From a virus, in UHGV virus genome UHGV-1381253: DNA of 43,188 nt. One strand, written 5' to 3'. The position numbers and the translations under genes are program-made. This document shows, piece by piece, positions 41,263-43,188 of the stretch. The notes under the pieces are model-generated. The model saw only the letters and a list, made by a program, of their open reading frames with translations. It searched no databases and was not told the origin of the DNA. The first letter of the stretch is position 1, and every line of letters starts with the position of its first letter.

Positions 41263-43188
41263 CTAAACTAATCCCAAATCACGATTAGCGTTTAACTGAT
41301 TTCTTGATTGAATCTTTTGCAGTTTACTATTTAGCTTCTCACCATCTAGTACTACATTAGTGTCTTTAGCTAAAATAGCCATCAATAACTCATTTTGCTG
41401 TTGTAACAATAGAAGCATTTGCGCCATATCAGAATTAGTAGTTGACGTCGTTCCAGATACTGGTGCTGACTGGTTACGATTAAGTTTCTCATTTGCATAG
41501 GCTAATAGTTGCATAGCTCTTGAACGTTTTAACCCTGAGCCAGTTAGTGGAATAACTACTTCTTCCTTATTACCTTCTCCAACTCTTGCAAAGTGTTCTT
41601 TCGTGATGATTCCACCGTTTTCATAACCAACTCCACGATACGCTGCACTCAGTGATCCATACCTTGATAGCGCATATCTAATGGAAGCAAGAATGTTAGA
41701 TAGTGGGTCATAGATATTACTATTGAATCCTGGCATTGCGTACTGTCTGAATGTTGGGTCAATCACTTGGAGTAGTCCTTTAGAAGGTGTTCCATTTTTA
41801 GCGTTAATATCCCAGTTGTTAATCGCTTTAGGATTACCATTTGACTCTGTACGCATTTGATTTAGTAATGCATTTAGATTTCCTGCACTGTATTGACCAG
41901 TCATTTTCAATGCTCTAATTGCTACATTACGCCATCTTTCTACGCCACTGCCTCCAACGCTATCACCTGAAATTTGTGTGCTTTGTGGGTCTTTCACACC
42001 GTTCAAATGCACGTGGTCGTAATGGTCGCCAGCTGGCCATGGTTCCCATGCACCAGTTGCTGGTTGACCTGATTGCCCTGAACGGTCACGAACCTTACCA
42101 TTTGTGATTACGTAGCCAATCTTGGAAGCGAATTTTTCAAAAGCATAGTTTGCGGCTTCTGTATATTTAGATGACCCTCCTGTGACACCTGGTAATGCAA
42201 TATCGATGGCATTACGTTTACCATGTGAATAAGGGTCACCTGGTCTATACCCACTAGTTGCCACAAATCCTGGGAACTTCTTCATCACAGACTTAGCAAC
42301 ATCAGCCAAATATTTATAGACGCCATTTGTTCCTATGGAGGTATCTAAGTTACCAGATGAGAACAACCCAGTGATTTTTTCAGTCAGTGCACTTGTTGCT
42401 TTAGATAGGATGCCTTTACCTACTTCTAATGGATATTTTGTCAATCCACCTAATACATCTAAACCACCAAGTACTTTCCTAGCTAACGCCCCAGGGTCTG
42501 AAACAAAGTCCCAGACATCGCCTACCACTTTCTTCATTTTGTTGCCAATGTTTCCAGCAATGCCTTTGATACTGTCCCACATGTTACCAAAGAAGTTAGT
42601 ACCTTTTTTGTAACGGTATTTTGGTGCTCTTGAACCTTGAAGTTGTGCAGTCTCTTCTGCTGTCAGTACATGTGTTCCTTTTGGTGCATTTAATACTACG
42701 TTGCGTCCTTTAGGTATGAAGGCTCTACCATCTGGCGTGATAACTGTTTCTGCTCCACGTCCATCATTAACCATCATTGGCCCATTGATTGGGTGACCAC
42801 CTTTTGGCGTTCCTTTTGCGTATTGTGGTACGTCCCATTCTGTTAGAGGTTCTGCGCCCAATTTTTCAAGTACCCATGAAGCACCTTTGATGATACCATT
42901 CACTGGTTTACCTATCGCTTTAAGTGCTGCGTTGAAAATACCTTTAAATGCTTTTGTGACTGCATTTTTACCATTTGAAACAGCCTTGGCTATTTTATTA
43001 GGTAAATCTTTCATCCAGTTAACAACAGTGTCAATACCACCGCTAAATGACGTCTTGATTCCTGTCCATGTTTCTGTCACTGCTCTGGATACGTTAGCTT
43101 TTATTTCTCCAAATTTGTTCCACACATTGACAGCCCAACCAGAGATTTTGTCCCAAAGCCATGACATTACTGTCCACCAATCTTTAAA
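41263..43188 (-). CDS. Tail tape measure protein, C-terminal part. The ORF is open to the window end and phase-continuous with 1-1755.
   Basis: Lytic transglycosylase motif ESNGNPKAINNWDINAKNGTPSKGLLQV. M23-peptidase-like GDHYDHVHL. The codon phase at 43188 matches the codon phase at position 1. Confidence 0.85.
   Translation of the reverse strand, partial: FKDWWTVMSWLWDKISGWAVNVWNKFGEIKANVSRAVTETWTGIKTSFSGGIDTVVNWMKDLPNKIAKAVSNGKNAVTKAFKGIFNAALKAIGKPVNGIIKGASWVLEKLGAEPLTEWDVPQYAKGTPKGGHPINGPMMVNDGRGAETVITPDGRAFIPKGRNVVLNAPKGTHVLTAEETAQLQGSRAPKYRYKKGTNFFGNMWDSIKGIAGNIGNKMKKVVGDVWDFVSDPGALARKVLGGLDVLGGLTKYPLEVGKGILSKATSALTEKITGLFSSGNLDTSIGTNGVYKYLADVAKSVMKKFPGFVATSGYRPGDPYSHGKRNAIDIALPGVTGGSSKYTEAANYAFEKFASKIGYVITNGKVRDRSGQSGQPATGAWEPWPAGDHYDHVHLNGVKDPQSTQISGDSVGGSGVERWRNVAIRALKMTGQYSAGNLNALLNQMRTESNGNPKAINNWDINAKNGTPSKGLLQVIDPTFRQYAMPGFNSNIYDPLSNILASIRYALSRYGSLSAAYRGVGYENGGIITKEHFARVGEGNKEEVVIPLTGSGLKRSRAMQLLAYANEKLNRNQSAPVSGTTSTTNSDMAQMLLLLQQQNELLMAILAKDTNVVLDGEKLNSKLQKIQSRNQLNANRDLGLV

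Noticed and set aside
34466-42613. Antisense ORFs opposite the late arm: 34466-34693, 34666-34851, 34973-35200, 36612-36923, 37139-37369, 38848-39051, 41919-42107, 42335-42613
   Set aside because: Each lies opposite a long, well-supported minus-strand gene. No RBS.
1-43188. Integrase/repressor lysogeny module, CRISPR arrays, tRNAs
   Set aside because: I looked and saw none. No tyrosine or serine recombinase motifs, no repeat-spacer arrays, no tRNA-like cloverleaf signatures.

Overview
This window reads as a complete, circularly permuted ~43.2 kb genome of a virulent siphovirus-type phage from a low-GC Gram-positive host. The gene content suggests Lactobacillales-like, and no integrase or repressor is visible. 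The linear window is opened inside the tape-measure gene. Its N-terminal part (minus strand, 1755->1) and its C-terminal part (minus strand, 43188->41263) are in the same codon phase across the window junction.

Layout:
- Late arm (minus strand): it runs from a divergent, iteron-rich control region (14585-15058) leftwards and wraps round the window end.
 - Packaging end: small ORFs, HNH endonuclease, a putative cos region, two small ORFs, TerS, a Dam-like MTase, an ~800-nt ORF-free structured region, then TerL.
 - Head: portal, prohead protease, major capsid, head-tail connectors.
 - Tail: a free-standing GIY-YIG homing endonuclease, major tail protein, G/GT chaperones with a canonical -1 slippery site, TMP, an evolved Dit, Tal and RBP.
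 - Lysis: XhlA-like protein, holin, amidase endolysin.
- Early arm (plus strand, 15059-33702):
 - Many small ORFs.
 - Replication and recombination genes: D5/P4-type SF3 helicase, VRR-NUC nuclease, SF2 helicase, PrimPol, an MBL-fold hydrolase, an SSB-like protein, a family-B DNA polymerase.
 - Three NUMOD4/HNH-type endonuclease genes.
 - A frameshifted second Dam-like MTase, NrdH and a deoxynucleoside kinase.
- The two arms converge at a bidirectional terminator (33741-33783).

Most unusual element: the GC-rich 10205-11025 intergenic region between the MTase and terL. It carries an internal duplication that is conserved at nucleotide level but not in reading frame. It has three hairpins with an identical 15-nt loop and different, compensating stems, and a minus-strand intrinsic terminator at its end. 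I interpret it as a large structured ncRNA, possibly of the ROOL/GOLLD class; this needs covariance-model testing.

Other notable points:
- A reiterated promoter-leader cassette drives the early genes.
- A 9-bp x9 in-frame tandem repeat sits in the MTase TRD.
- 33-bp perfect direct repeats bracket the lysis cassette.
- A 20-bp repeat sits at the gene junctions upstream of terS.
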